DNA from: Rubripirellula sp.
GTDB lineage: Bacteria > Planctomycetota > Planctomycetia > Pirellulales > Pirellulaceae
Direction: 5' to 3'
DNA: 64,000 nt
Assembly: GCA_965216875.1 (NCBI GenBank)
Contig: OZ244207.1
Location: 2,656,001-2,720,000, forward strand
This document shows, one piece after another, positions 21,355 to 30,052 of this stretch. Position 1 is the stretch's first letter, and every line of letters starts with the position of its first letter. The translations under genes were made by a program, and so were the position numbers. The notes beneath the pieces were generated by a model that saw only the letters and a list, made by a program, of their open reading frames with translations, did no database searches and was not told the origin of the DNA.

Positions 21355-22560
21355 CTAGGCAGCTGCCAGCTGGTCACAAACTTGGTCACAAAGAATCGGC
21401 CCCAGATCCAGGCTCGGGGCCGACTCCCAAGCTTCTCGAATGGCGATCGCTGCAGCATCGGCATTCGAACCGACGTAGTATTTCATCGTCGTCTGAATCG
21501 ATTGGTGGCGCATCAGATGTTGAAGAATGGGCGGCATCACACGACTCGCCCAACGCTGTGCAAACGAGCGTCGCAGGTCGTGCGCGGTGGCATATTCACC
21601 AGCGGCCGTGATCACTCCTGCCGCCTCTCCCGCGTTTCCGAATTTTCTGCCAACCGCGTTGCTTGTCTGGTAGCGCCCTCTCAACCCCCTCGGGTTGAAA
21701 TACCATCCATCGACAGGCCTCGACCTTCGGAGGAACTCTGCGAAATCCGGCGTAATAGCGACCATTTGGTCCTTTCGATTCTTCTGCGAATTCAAGAACA
21801 TGATCGCGGGTCTATCAGAATCAAGATTCACAGGCCGGTGACAATCAGCGTTTGTAGCGTGCAATTGCATTGCCTCGCTGATCCGAAGCCCACTGAGCCA
21901 AAGCCCCTGGGCCATGTGCTGCCAACTTTCGACGTGATCAGCAATTTGCTTGTCATCAGAGAAGCTGGCGATGATCGCCTTAAACTCTACTTCCGTGATC
22001 GGACGCCCTCGCATTTCGCCGGACTCTTCAACGGCCCTTCCACGCCCCCTCGGCGTCGGGATCGTTGCCATCAGCCCAATACCTGCCGCCCAGGAAAGAC
22101 CAGACCTGAGCGTCGCCATTGCGCTGTCGACGGTATTTGGCTTGTTGCCCTTATCGAACAGTCTCTGCTCAACAGCTTCGAGCAACTCTGCAGTAACGTC
22201 ATCGAGCAGGGGCGTTTCAATTCCTCTCGCCTCAAATTCAGCGTCAACTTGGGCAACCACACCGGTCCACTTGTAGCGGTTGGATTTGGACGTGTGCCGC
22301 AGATAGCTCTTGGTGTACCTGGTTGTAAACGCATCCCAGCTCGTGCCCCTGGTCGGTTTGCGTTTCATGGGCTTGTCGATCGGATCCCCACCGTTGAGCC
22401 TTTCTTCAATCACGCCCGCCTCTCGGTATGCGGCCGATCGAGTCGATGCAGACGCTCGTTTTTGTCTCCGCCTGCCGGTTCTGGGGTCATCCCAACGCAA
22501 AACAAATCCACCTCTGTCTTTGCGTGCAGAAACCCAGACCCGAATTGGGTCGTCGTTCAT
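21355..22560 (-). CDS. int: Phage integrase (tyrosine recombinase)
   Basis: SGLRISE, HDLRRSFA, LMRH.SIQTTMKYY; adjacent to attL. Confidence 0.93.
   Translation of the reverse strand: MNDDPIRVWVSARKDRGGFVLRWDDPRTGRRRQKRASASTRSAAYREAGVIEERLNGGDPIDKPMKRKPTRGTSWDAFTTRYTKSYLRHTSKSNRYKWTGVVAQVDAEFEARGIETPLLDDVTAELLEAVEQRLFDKGNKPNTVDSAMATLRSGLSWAAGIGLMATIPTPRGRGRAVEESGEMRGRPITEVEFKAIIASFSDDKQIADHVESWQHMAQGLWLSGLRISEAMQLHATNADCHRPVNLDSDRPAIMFLNSQKNRKDQMVAITPDFAEFLRRSRPVDGWYFNPRGLRGRYQTSNAVGRKFGNAGEAAGVITAAGEYATAHDLRRSFAQRWASRVMPPILQHLMRHQSIQTTMKYYVGSNADAAAIAIREAWESAPSLDLGPILCDQVCDQLAAA
21371..21392 (+). promoter_or_regulatory. Putative integrase arm-type sites (2x TGGTCACAAA, 12-bp period)
   Basis: Same tandem motif with same spacing recurs near attR at 59486-59507. 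Confidence 0.7.
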
Positions 22561-22583
22561 TGGTCACCTCGTTTAATTTGGCT

Positions 22584-22814
22584 TCAGCTACCTGCCTTGT
22601 CTTCTCGTCGTTGCTTGTGCGTTTTGGCTCTAAGTCGCATCGCCACTCGCACATCTTCGCCAGCCATCCACCAAACTTTCCCCCGCGGCTCATACGGGAT
22701 ATCCATCTCGTCGACCCAGTTCTTCATCGCTCGTTCAGTTGTGAACTCGAGCGGAACCATCAGATCGAGATGCGAATACGTTTCGCCATCCTTAATTGGG
22801 AACAGAAATGCCAT
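22584..22814 (-). CDS. Small protein upstream of int, possibly Xis/AlpA-like winged helix
   Basis: 76 aa; YS..DL...L......NW....IPY...GK.WW pattern resembles HTH_17/MerR-like folds; co-oriented with int. Confidence 0.45.
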   Translation of the reverse strand: MAFLFPIKDGETYSHLDLMVPLEFTTERAMKNWVDEMDIPYEPRGKVWWMAGEDVRVAMRLRAKTHKQRREDKAGS

Positions 22815-22861
22815 GAGCTAAATCCATTTGATAAAGCCGCCGACAAGTGCTACCTTGGTGC

Positions 22862-22992
22862 ATAGCTTCAGCGGCCACCCTTAATGGGCTGGTTTGTTGA
22901 GGTTCTCAAAGCTGATCGTGGTCCTTCACTACGACGATCTGCTGCGAATTGCGTTAATCAGGGGATGTCGCTTGTCGGCGTGCCCTTTTTTT
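22862..22992 (+). ncRNA. Candidate structured small RNA antisense to the int-operon leader
   Basis: Upstream TTGATA-17-TACCTT with extended TG (22828-22856); three hairpins with G-U pairs valid only on + strand; ends in U7 terminator. Confidence 0.5.
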
Positions 22993-23388
22993 GTGCGCGC
23001 AGCGATCTGGGGGTCCGCGAGAATGCGGTGAGATTGTGGCTGTGCGCAGTACCGCGCACGGCGAAACATCCATCATCTTTAACCTTCCGCTAGTGCAGCT
23101 AGTGGATGGTGATTTGGTGGGTGGGCTGGGTGAGCAGGTCAGAGCGCTCCCCAGCCACGCCGTCATTTCGACGCGATCCATGTTCTATCCGCCAATTGAC
23201 TCATGTCAACTATTGCCCCTGGCGGCATGAAGAGTTGGTCTGCCTAACCAACTAATCCGGGCCATCCGTTGCCCACCTTTGCCTTTCAGGTTTCGTGAAG
23301 ATACCGATTGGAAATGCTTGCATCAACTGTTTTTTGCGAAGATACTGCACGTTGTCGCGCAGAAACTGCAAATACTACAGGGGGCAAG

Positions 23389-23919
23389 ATGGACACTCTT
23401 ACAGCCGAAAAGGCCGCTGCACTCACCTATCCAAACGAGCCCGATGCCAACGGACGCGCCAAGCGATATTGGCAGAGACGAGCCTACTATTTTGGTGAGC
23501 ACAACTCTGCAAGAAGTTTCATACTGTTTGGGGAGTGGAAGCAGGAATTGATCGATACCGGTGAAGCGCCAGAAATGAAGCGTCTGCGCATTCGGATCGA
23601 TGCGCGGCATTCAACCGACACGGTATCGCACCTTCACAAATCCAAACGTCGCTGGCAAAAACTATTTGCTTGCGCTGTTGTAACCGTTTTCGGTATTGCG
23701 TCCATTCTCTTTTACTCATCAAGACTGCCCGCCGTTGTCGATGGTAAGGAACTGACAACGGACGAAGTTGTGCTCGTTCGAGGCATGCGAATGCACCGCG
23801 CCAGGGCCGATAAAAGAGAGGCCGATCCCGGACGGGCATCGCGCATCGCTGACAAACTACTGGCACTCAAGGAAGAGAGGCCAACAAATGAGCGTTTGCG
23901 GAAAACGAACGGTTCGTAG
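23389..23919 (+). CDS. Hypothetical membrane protein (moron)
   Basis: SD-like AGGGGG before ATG; one TM (LFACAVVTVFGIASILFY). Confidence 0.6.
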   Translation: MDTLTAEKAAALTYPNEPDANGRAKRYWQRRAYYFGEHNSARSFILFGEWKQELIDTGEAPEMKRLRIRIDARHSTDTVSHLHKSKRRWQKLFACAVVTVFGIASILFYSSRLPAVVDGKELTTDEVVLVRGMRMHRARADKREADPGRASRIADKLLALKEERPTNERLRKTNGS

Positions 23920-24220
23920 ATTCATCGTCGCCACAAGCCTACTTTTTGCTGGCTACGTATCGGGCGGCTCCACCTTGTCAGGTTCACCATCTGATAAAAT
24001 GCCGATTGAACAATTGCGGCTCCGATTCGCTCAGGAGCAAAGCAGCAGCCCAGATTGCTCGGCCGAAGCAGCCGCCGTGGCCATAGCAGAGGTCGATTAT
24101 GAAAACGCAAGAGACGACCTCTACGACGCGTATGACGCCTACCACCAATGCCTATACGGTGGCAGCGGTAGCAGCCAAGAAATCCACATCTCAGCTGAGC
24201 ACTCGGTCCTAAAACGCTAG
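23888..24220 (+). CDS. Hypothetical exported protein (moron)
   Basis: Basic-hydrophobic signal peptide; followed by terminator. Confidence 0.55.
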   Translation: MSVCGKRTVRRFIVATSLLFAGYVSGGSTLSGSPSDKMPIEQLRLRFAQEQSSSPDCSAEAAAVAIAEVDYENARDDLYDAYDAYHQCLYGGSGSSQEIHISAEHSVLKR

Positions 24221-24235
24221 CTGAATCCACTTCCG

Positions 24236-24272
24236 GGCCGCCTGGTTTCACTGCCGCTGGGCGGCCTTTTTT
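24236..24272 (+). terminator. Rho-independent terminator
   Basis: GGCCGCCTGG...CTGGGCGGCC + T6. Confidence 0.65.
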
Positions 24273-24288
24273 CGTTTCCGCGGAAACG
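24273..24288. promoter_or_regulatory. parS-like palindrome copy 1 (CGTTTCCGCGGAAACG)
   Basis: Perfect 16-bp palindrome, repeated through the prophage. Confidence 0.7.
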
Positions 24289-24295
24289 CTGACGG

Positions 24296-24643
24296 TTAGC
24301 GAATGAAGTCCTCGTACAATCGCCGACCGACAATCCTGGCGAGCTCAGCGGCATCGACCTTAAATGATGGTTCGTCGCCTTCGTCCTCATGCTCGAACAG
24401 GATCACTTCCCCCCGCTCTGAGCTGTCGACCACGGCCATCGACACCCTGTGCTCCCGGCAGACCTCGACCATGGCATCAATGAATTTCGACCTTCTGATT
24501 TGTGTGCCGTACACGTAGTCCTCCAAGCGGTCTGCGATGTCGGACAGATACGCAGCGGTCGTCTCGCTGATCTCAGATTCACTTAACCTCTTCGACCGCG
24601 ATGCGTTCCGCAGGTCTTCTATGACTTCTCGTGTGGACTTCAC
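24296..24643 (-). CDS. Hypothetical phage protein
   Basis: 115 aa, GGGAGGAG SD before GTG. Confidence 0.65.
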   Translation of the reverse strand: MKSTREVIEDLRNASRSKRLSESEISETTAAYLSDIADRLEDYVYGTQIRRSKFIDAMVEVCREHRVSMAVVDSSERGEVILFEHEDEGDEPSFKVDAAELARIVGRRLYEDFIR

Positions 24644-24788
24644 TTCGCTCCTCCCAATTGGAAAACGGACAGGGCCATAGTAGTCACGATGGAAGTCGAT
24701 GTTGCGAGTACCAATGCAGACTGCCTAAATTAAGCAGAAGAGAAACGGCGTCAGGGTCACCCCTGACACCGTCAAGGCGTCAAGTCTA

Positions 24789-24824
24789 GCCACACGACCA
24801 CCCACTTGGTCGTGTGGTTTTTTT
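24789..24824 (+). terminator. Rho-independent terminator
   Basis: GCCACACGACCA-cccact-TGGTCGTGTGGT + T-run. Confidence 0.7.
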
Positions 24825-24825
24825 G

Positions 24826-24845
24826 TGCGTTTCCGCGGAAACGCA
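24826..24845. promoter_or_regulatory. parS-like palindrome copy 2 (20-bp perfect)
   Basis: TGCGTTTCCGCGGAAACGCA. Confidence 0.7.
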
Positions 24846-24878
24846 AATGTGAAACGGTGATTCACCATTTCACAATTA

Positions 24879-25115
24879 CTAGGCGGAATCGCCGCCAACC
24901 CTTCGCAGGGCAGCCTCGAGGCCTTCCACGATCTCTTTGGCCTGTGAAATGGTCAGTTTCGCCGCCAGAATGTCTTCGGGCCAATCCTGCGCAGTTTGCA
25001 AGTAGATGTCGCCGTCATGCGTGACAATCTGTATATAGATCTTTTGCTTGGGATCATCATCTCCCAATTGAGCTTCGATACCTTCCGGACGTTGACCAAG
25101 GAAAATCAATGACAT
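24879..25115 (-). CDS. Hypothetical protein
   Basis: 78-aa protein-like ORF from MSLIFLG. Confidence 0.5.
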   Translation of the reverse strand: MSLIFLGQRPEGIEAQLGDDDPKQKIYIQIVTHDGDIYLQTAQDWPEDILAAKLTISQAKEIVEGLEAALRRVGGDSA

Positions 25116-25335
25116 GAGTGCTCCCCAAAACCTAACGCTCGTAGCGAAAGGGCCAAACTTGGTCGAAGCTGTACCGATCACGTCAGAGCGAGTGATTGAA
25201 CTGCGGCTTGGAAAGGAGAAAGTTCACCTCACAGCGACGGCAGCATCAAAGCTCGTCGACGACTGCATCAGCGCACTGGGAGTACACTTCCAATCGTTGC
25301 CCAACGAAACAACGCTGGTAGGCACACAAGCGTAG
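25114..25335 (+). CDS. Hypothetical protein
   Basis: 73 aa, AAGGA upstream, followed by terminator 25387-25419. Confidence 0.45.
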   Translation: MSAPQNLTLVAKGPNLVEAVPITSERVIELRLGKEKVHLTATAASKLVDDCISALGVHFQSLPNETTLVGTQA

Positions 25336-25386
25336 AGGGCTACACTATTAATGGTCGCGTTTCACACTGCATGGAACCGACTCCTG

Positions 25387-25419
25387 AAAGCCGCCCCCGC
25401 AACGGGCGGCTTTCTTTTT
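25387..25419 (+). terminator. Terminator hairpin
   Basis: GAAAGCCGCCC-7-GGGCGGCTTTC + TTTTT. Confidence 0.65.
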
Positions 25420-25503
25420 GCGATGACGATTAGACAACATGCGCGAGCCGTGGTCGAGCGGTGGGATGAAGAGGCTAGCTCTGGACCGACTCGCCTTGCA
25501 ATG

Positions 25504-25920
25504 CTAGCCGTCGCCGCGAAAAAGAGGTTGATCATGGCCTGTTTCGGGTCGCCCGATGACTGCGCGAATGCCATATCTGCCATTGAGTCGGCAAATATCT
25601 TTATCTTCGCTAATGATGTAGTCTGCGAGGTAATGATCTGCCGTCGAAACGACCAACGCGTCAGGTATTTTGAGCGTGAGGTCATCATTCTTTGCACGAC
25701 GACGCAGTTCCCCCGCTTCCATTGCAACGGGGACAGTCACGTCGAGTTGCTCGATCTCTGGCCGGTCAAGCATAGCTCGAAAATCGTGCAAATCGTCGCT
25801 GGGGCTGCATGCTATCTCTGCTGCGACAATCGCCGGAACGAGTAGAATTGCCTCACCTTTATCTACGCGTCGAACCCACCCACATATATGATAGCCCAAG
25901 TCTGCGTCAAGGTAGGTCAT
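25504..25920 (-). CDS. PIN-domain (VapC-like) ribonuclease, N-terminus possibly truncated
   Basis: VPAIVAAEI, A..AG.LR, KIPDALVVSTA, IISEDKD acidic PIN motifs. Confidence 0.7.
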   Translation of the reverse strand: MTYLDADLGYHICGWVRRVDKGEAILLVPAIVAAEIACSPSDDLHDFRAMLDRPEIEQLDVTVPVAMEAGELRRRAKNDDLTLKIPDALVVSTADHYLADYIISEDKDICRLNGRYGIRAVIGRPETGHDQPLFRGDG

Positions 25921-26024
25921 CGCAGGTACTTTTTCGCCCCTGATGGGCCAGGGGCCTACGGGAACACCCGAGCAAGTTCGCACACTTGCTTGCATGCTGC
26001 AGGCTCAAAAAAAGAGATACGCGA

Positions 26025-26435
26025 TCATTGCCGCGCACATTCGATCGCTTCATCGACCCAATGCGTCGCAACAACGCGATTGAAGCCCGGCAACATCTTC
26101 GCGACGCCGGCAATTTGACTGACGATCGTCGCTTTGTTTTCGATGCACCACTCGACACCGCACAGGTTGTACATCGTGAGGTATCCGTGGCATCGGCAGC
26201 CGCGCGAAGTTAAGAGTTTGATCACCAGCTCTGGTAGGTCGCGGTGAATGATTCGATGGAGCTCGGTCCCAACGCCTTCGGTTTCTGAGTAGATGACGCC
26301 AGGATGATCGTGGCCGCGCTCGTCAGAACCACACGTCTCGGTCGCGTGCTCGTACTGACACGAGCAGCGAAGAGGCAAGCCTTCAAACCTGGTTTGCACC
26401 GTGAGCCCACAATCAGGGCAGGTCAAAATCTGCAT
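26025..26435 (-). CDS. Cys-rich hypothetical protein at end of tail operon
   Basis: CPDC...CSC, GCRC; overlaps upstream gene end. Confidence 0.6.
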   Translation of the reverse strand: MQILTCPDCGLTVQTRFEGLPLRCSCQYEHATETCGSDERGHDHPGVIYSETEGVGTELHRIIHRDLPELVIKLLTSRGCRCHGYLTMYNLCGVEWCIENKATIVSQIAGVAKMLPGFNRVVATHWVDEAIECARQ

Positions 26436-27840
26436 AGGTTTTGCTCTGGATCATGCGGGCACCGCTGTAGGAAAAGTTCTGAGTTTCGTCTTGGATCTGA
26501 TTTTCGTTCTGACAACCTGGCGACATGCTCCCGTTGCAGGGGCAATGTCCATGGAGGCGTTTTGTGCGACTGTACGATCGCGTTGGGTAATCGACGGTCG
26601 CATCATCAAAGTCGTAATACTGCCAAGACTGCTCGCACAACACGTAGGGAAAACTGCAGTACCACGTGCCCGTTCTTGTTACTGGGTCAACATTGCTTAG
26701 GGACTCACTCACCAGATCGTGGTTGCAACCGGTGGGCACAAAGGAAGGAGTCCAGGGGTTTGCCATGTCGCTGACGCTATAGAACGTTTCAAGATCCGGC
26801 ACGCCACCGCTGCATAGGCTCAGTGTCAGGTTGATGTTCTCTATTAACTCGCCCGAGTCGTTGAAGAATGGTCCACCAAAGTCGCAGTTCGTCCACTCTT
26901 GACGAATAAGCAGCGTACTCTTCGTCGCTGCGAAGATCGGATCGTAGAAACGCCAGCCCCAACCGCTCACGATCGACCACCATTCGCAGTCCTTTGGCAT
27001 TGCTTCAACCTGGGCACGCAACACTGGGTCAACTGGATCGAAGTTGCTGTCGATGAGAGCTGCCGGCCAAAGCCCGTTGATGCCTCCCAGCCCGCTCCAC
27101 CTCACGTAGCCGATTCGATCGTAGTCGCACAGCGAACAGTTTGCGCCGCACGCTTTGTTGTAGTAGTGCAGCTCACCCTCCTGACTTGACGCGTAGCCAG
27201 TAATGGCGGTCGAGACGTCCGACACAATCCGCACTCGCCCGATGCAGGGCGTTCCGTTGTCGGTGCAATTGACCGGCGGGCATTTTTCGTCGTCCGCTTC
27301 CGTGTGTGTCCACGCGACTTTGCCAATCTCAACGCCACCATTGCCGTTTTCGATTTGGACTGTCACGTCGCCAAACGGCGGAGGCGTTACATCAGCGATC
27401 ACGCACGTCGAAAAGTCACCAGTCGAAACGAACTTCGTCAGAATGCCGTTGATGTAGGTTTGTGCGATCGTGATCGTTCGCTGCCCGTTCCACGATGGCG
27501 CCTTGATTATCATCGACTCCCTGCCGCAGACGTTTGTCCGCCAAACCCAAACTGCCTCGAAAGGTTCGTAGTCATTCGGGGGCGGTAGCAGCTCAAAACT
27601 GACTTCGATGCCTCCGGCACTGAATGTCGTTCCTGACGACGACGCAGCGTCGAGCATTTCGAAAGTTACAATCCAATTCGGCTGCAAGTTAAGAATGTCG
27701 AACTGTGCCGTTTGGCCCGGTGTGAATTGATTGCCCGTGCCGCTCGGCACGGAACCCGTCCAGTCGGTCCACTCTTGATCTTTCTGTCGAATGGTTGTTT
27801 CTGGACAACCGCAACAGTCCTTGCATCCGCGACGCGTCAT
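26413..27840 (-). CDS. Cys-rich putative distal tail/receptor-binding protein
   Basis: Start MTRRGCKDCCGC right after upstream stop; beta-rich; position after tape measure. Confidence 0.55.
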   Translation of the reverse strand: MTRRGCKDCCGCPETTIRQKDQEWTDWTGSVPSGTGNQFTPGQTAQFDILNLQPNWIVTFEMLDAASSSGTTFSAGGIEVSFELLPPPNDYEPFEAVWVWRTNVCGRESMIIKAPSWNGQRTITIAQTYINGILTKFVSTGDFSTCVIADVTPPPFGDVTVQIENGNGGVEIGKVAWTHTEADDEKCPPVNCTDNGTPCIGRVRIVSDVSTAITGYASSQEGELHYYNKACGANCSLCDYDRIGYVRWSGLGGINGLWPAALIDSNFDPVDPVLRAQVEAMPKDCEWWSIVSGWGWRFYDPIFAATKSTLLIRQEWTNCDFGGPFFNDSGELIENINLTLSLCSGGVPDLETFYSVSDMANPWTPSFVPTGCNHDLVSESLSNVDPVTRTGTWYCSFPYVLCEQSWQYYDFDDATVDYPTRSYSRTKRLHGHCPCNGSMSPGCQNENQIQDETQNFSYSGARMIQSKTYADFDLP

Positions 27841-27841
27841 C

Positions 27842-28570
27842 TTAGGCCCCACACACTGCTTGAATCGCGTAGAACTTGTTGACGATTTGAACGCACACAC
27901 CAACAGAGTCGACCGCCTGCTCGTCCATGAATCCGCGGTCGTCCTGCAGGTCAACGATGCCAGCACCGCCGGCCGCAAAAGCTGCAGAATCGTCCATTCG
28001 ATAGAGCTCGACTTCCTTGTCGGGATAGTACTGGTTGCGTTTGTATCCCCAATGAACGCTCGCTTGATGTCCGATCATCACCAGGCGTTTAGATACTCCG
28101 GATCCACCTGTACCGACGAGCTTCACTTCGCCGGTGTCACACGTTCGCAGACGAGTGGGATCGACCGGATCCGGAGCGGCACAGCGGTCGGCTGCTTGAA
28201 TGTGGTTCACATTCGCGACAGCAACACCTGAGAAGATCGCGAAGCCAAGTTTGCCGGCGGCGATCGCTTCCTGCAGGACGCAGAACGTCCCCAAAACACT
28301 AGGCCAAGCAGGAGCGTCAACGCCCATTGTTGGATCTCGCTGGCCCTGCGTGGTTGAATCTGGATCAATCACAGGCGAAGTGATCGCCGCGATCGCGAAA
28401 CGTTCCATGTCCGTGGCGCTCGTATTCTTGACGCGAATCAAAGTGCCAAGCGGAGCGCGGACGTGGTTTTCGCTTCGCGTCGCTCCCGTCTCGCGTTCGC
28501 GAACCGAGGCCTCGACTCGGTTCTGCAGGGCAGCATTGAGCGAAAGCGGGTCGCCTGGTAGGTGTTGCAT
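27842..28570 (-). CDS. Putative minor tail protein
   Basis: Synteny in tail operon; tight spacing. Confidence 0.55.
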   Translation of the reverse strand: MQHLPGDPLSLNAALQNRVEASVRERETGATRSENHVRAPLGTLIRVKNTSATDMERFAIAAITSPVIDPDSTTQGQRDPTMGVDAPAWPSVLGTFCVLQEAIAAGKLGFAIFSGVAVANVNHIQAADRCAAPDPVDPTRLRTCDTGEVKLVGTGGSGVSKRLVMIGHQASVHWGYKRNQYYPDKEVELYRMDDSAAFAAGGAGIVDLQDDRGFMDEQAVDSVGVCVQIVNKFYAIQAVCGA

Positions 28571-28572
28571 TT

Positions 28573-29178
28573 CTAGGGAACCAGAGTGCAGCGATAGTCA
28601 AAGAGCAGCGAATTGGTCAGGTCGGCCGGCGTGACCAGGTCGTCTGGTTTCCGCGGAACCGGATCGACGTTGCCAGCTCGACAAGCGAGCGCGACAGCGT
28701 GAGAACAAAACGGCGCCGTGCCCTTGTCCTCGATGTCTTTGGTGCTGGTTCGGAGGAAACGCCACAGGAACGGCACGCGCTGAGCTGCCAGGCGTGCGAT
28801 GCCCCAATAGCCATAATCTCGAGCGGTGAGCTCCCGCATCGCCTCAACCGCCTTAATGCGGTTGTAGTGAAAGAGCTCATCACGCGGCCGAAACACGTCG
28901 ATCCGGCCGGGGTACTTTTCGACTTCGCCGACAAGCGGCACAGCTCGGCCGCCTTTGAATTCGCGAATCTCGAGAACGTCGTGATGCTGAAACTCATCGA
29001 CGCGCAGCATCGCGCTGTGTGAGTGCACGCCATGCGTTGCGAAGCGGATCCACGACGAGATTAGACCGCTCCCGCGATACTGCAGAATGTCGCCGTTCTC
29101 GAGCTTGGCGTCACGAAATCGCATGTACGTTGGATTGTCGACGTCGAACGGCAAGAGTGAAGGTCGATAGATTTGCAC
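28573..29178 (-). CDS. Permuted papain-like amidase (YiiX/YaeF, NlpC/P60 superfamily)
   Basis: GDIL...G...IS..IR..T...HSH, Y.Y, FCS..VA, VTPADL (His before Cys). Confidence 0.8.
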   Translation of the reverse strand: MQIYRPSLLPFDVDNPTYMRFRDAKLENGDILQYRGSGLISSWIRFATHGVHSHSAMLRVDEFQHHDVLEIREFKGGRAVPLVGEVEKYPGRIDVFRPRDELFHYNRIKAVEAMRELTARDYGYWGIARLAAQRVPFLWRFLRTSTKDIEDKGTAPFCSHAVALACRAGNVDPVPRKPDDLVTPADLTNSLLFDYRCTLVP

Positions 29179-29191
29179 TGGTGATCTCTCC

Positions 29192-30052
29192 TTAGATCAA
29201 TAGCCCTAGGACCGAATGATCGGCCTCGGTGTAGATGCGTTCGACATAGGCCGCCCGCGGTTTCGAAACGGTGAACGCGTTGGCTCCGGATCCGGTGTCC
29301 TCGTCGTCATAGAGAACCCAAACGTAGTCGTGCCCTTTCTTGGCTACGTTTGCGATCGCACCGATCGAGAACTGAGCGTTTTTGCTCTTGGCCCAAGAGA
29401 ATTGGATCTCGGGATTCTTTTGGTTCCCGAAGTTGCCATCCATGCCGAGAAAGAGCAGTTCGCCAGGTTGGCTACCGAAGTAGGCAAACTGGTTGGTGGT
29501 CCCGGTGATCTCCGAAGCAATGTCGGAGTAGAGGATCGGGTCGACCGGCCTGGTCAGGCGGTAGTTGAGCGTGTACTTGATCGCCGGCAACACGCGATCG
29601 ATCCCGTTGGCGCGTCCATCCTTGACGTCGATCGCCGAGTTAAAGTCGGGAGCAGTCGCGCCGGTGGCCGCATGTGACGTCGTCCCAAACGAGTTTGTGA
29701 TCCTGATCGATCCACCCGAAGTGCTCACCGAGAGCGTCCATTCGTCCACATCGAGCTTTTCGAAAGAATACTCGGCGGTGAAGATGTAGGCTCGTTCGTT
29801 GCCTTCGACCGCTTCTCGCCACTCGTAGCTATCGAGCTTCAAGTACTTGCTCGACAGTGCACCGGGTGGCGTGAATTCGATCGTCGGCTCGGGGAGTCCT
29901 TGCCCGATCAGATAGGCCTCGGCCGCGTTTGCATCCGCTACACCTGTAACGAGCCACTCGATCGTACGCTTGTCGTTCCCATCGCGCGTGCGTGAACCGA
30001 TAAAGCCCGCAATCTGACGGTGGTTTGGTCCGTTGTGCGTTGGAAACGGCAT
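29192..30052 (-). CDS. Putative tail tip/distal tail protein
   Basis: Directly downstream of tape measure; PGELLFLG motif. Confidence 0.6.
   Translation of the reverse strand: MPFPTHNGPNHRQIAGFIGSRTRDGNDKRTIEWLVTGVADANAAEAYLIGQGLPEPTIEFTPPGALSSKYLKLDSYEWREAVEGNERAYIFTAEYSFEKLDVDEWTLSVSTSGGSIRITNSFGTTSHAATGATAPDFNSAIDVKDGRANGIDRVLPAIKYTLNYRLTRPVDPILYSDIASEITGTTNQFAYFGSQPGELLFLGMDGNFGNQKNPEIQFSWAKSKNAQFSIGAIANVAKKGHDYVWVLYDDEDTGSGANAFTVSKPRAAYVERIYTEADHSVLGLLI

Noticed and set aside
21346..22821. 491-aa + strand ORF
   Set aside because: Antisense shadow of the integrase with no protein-like motifs
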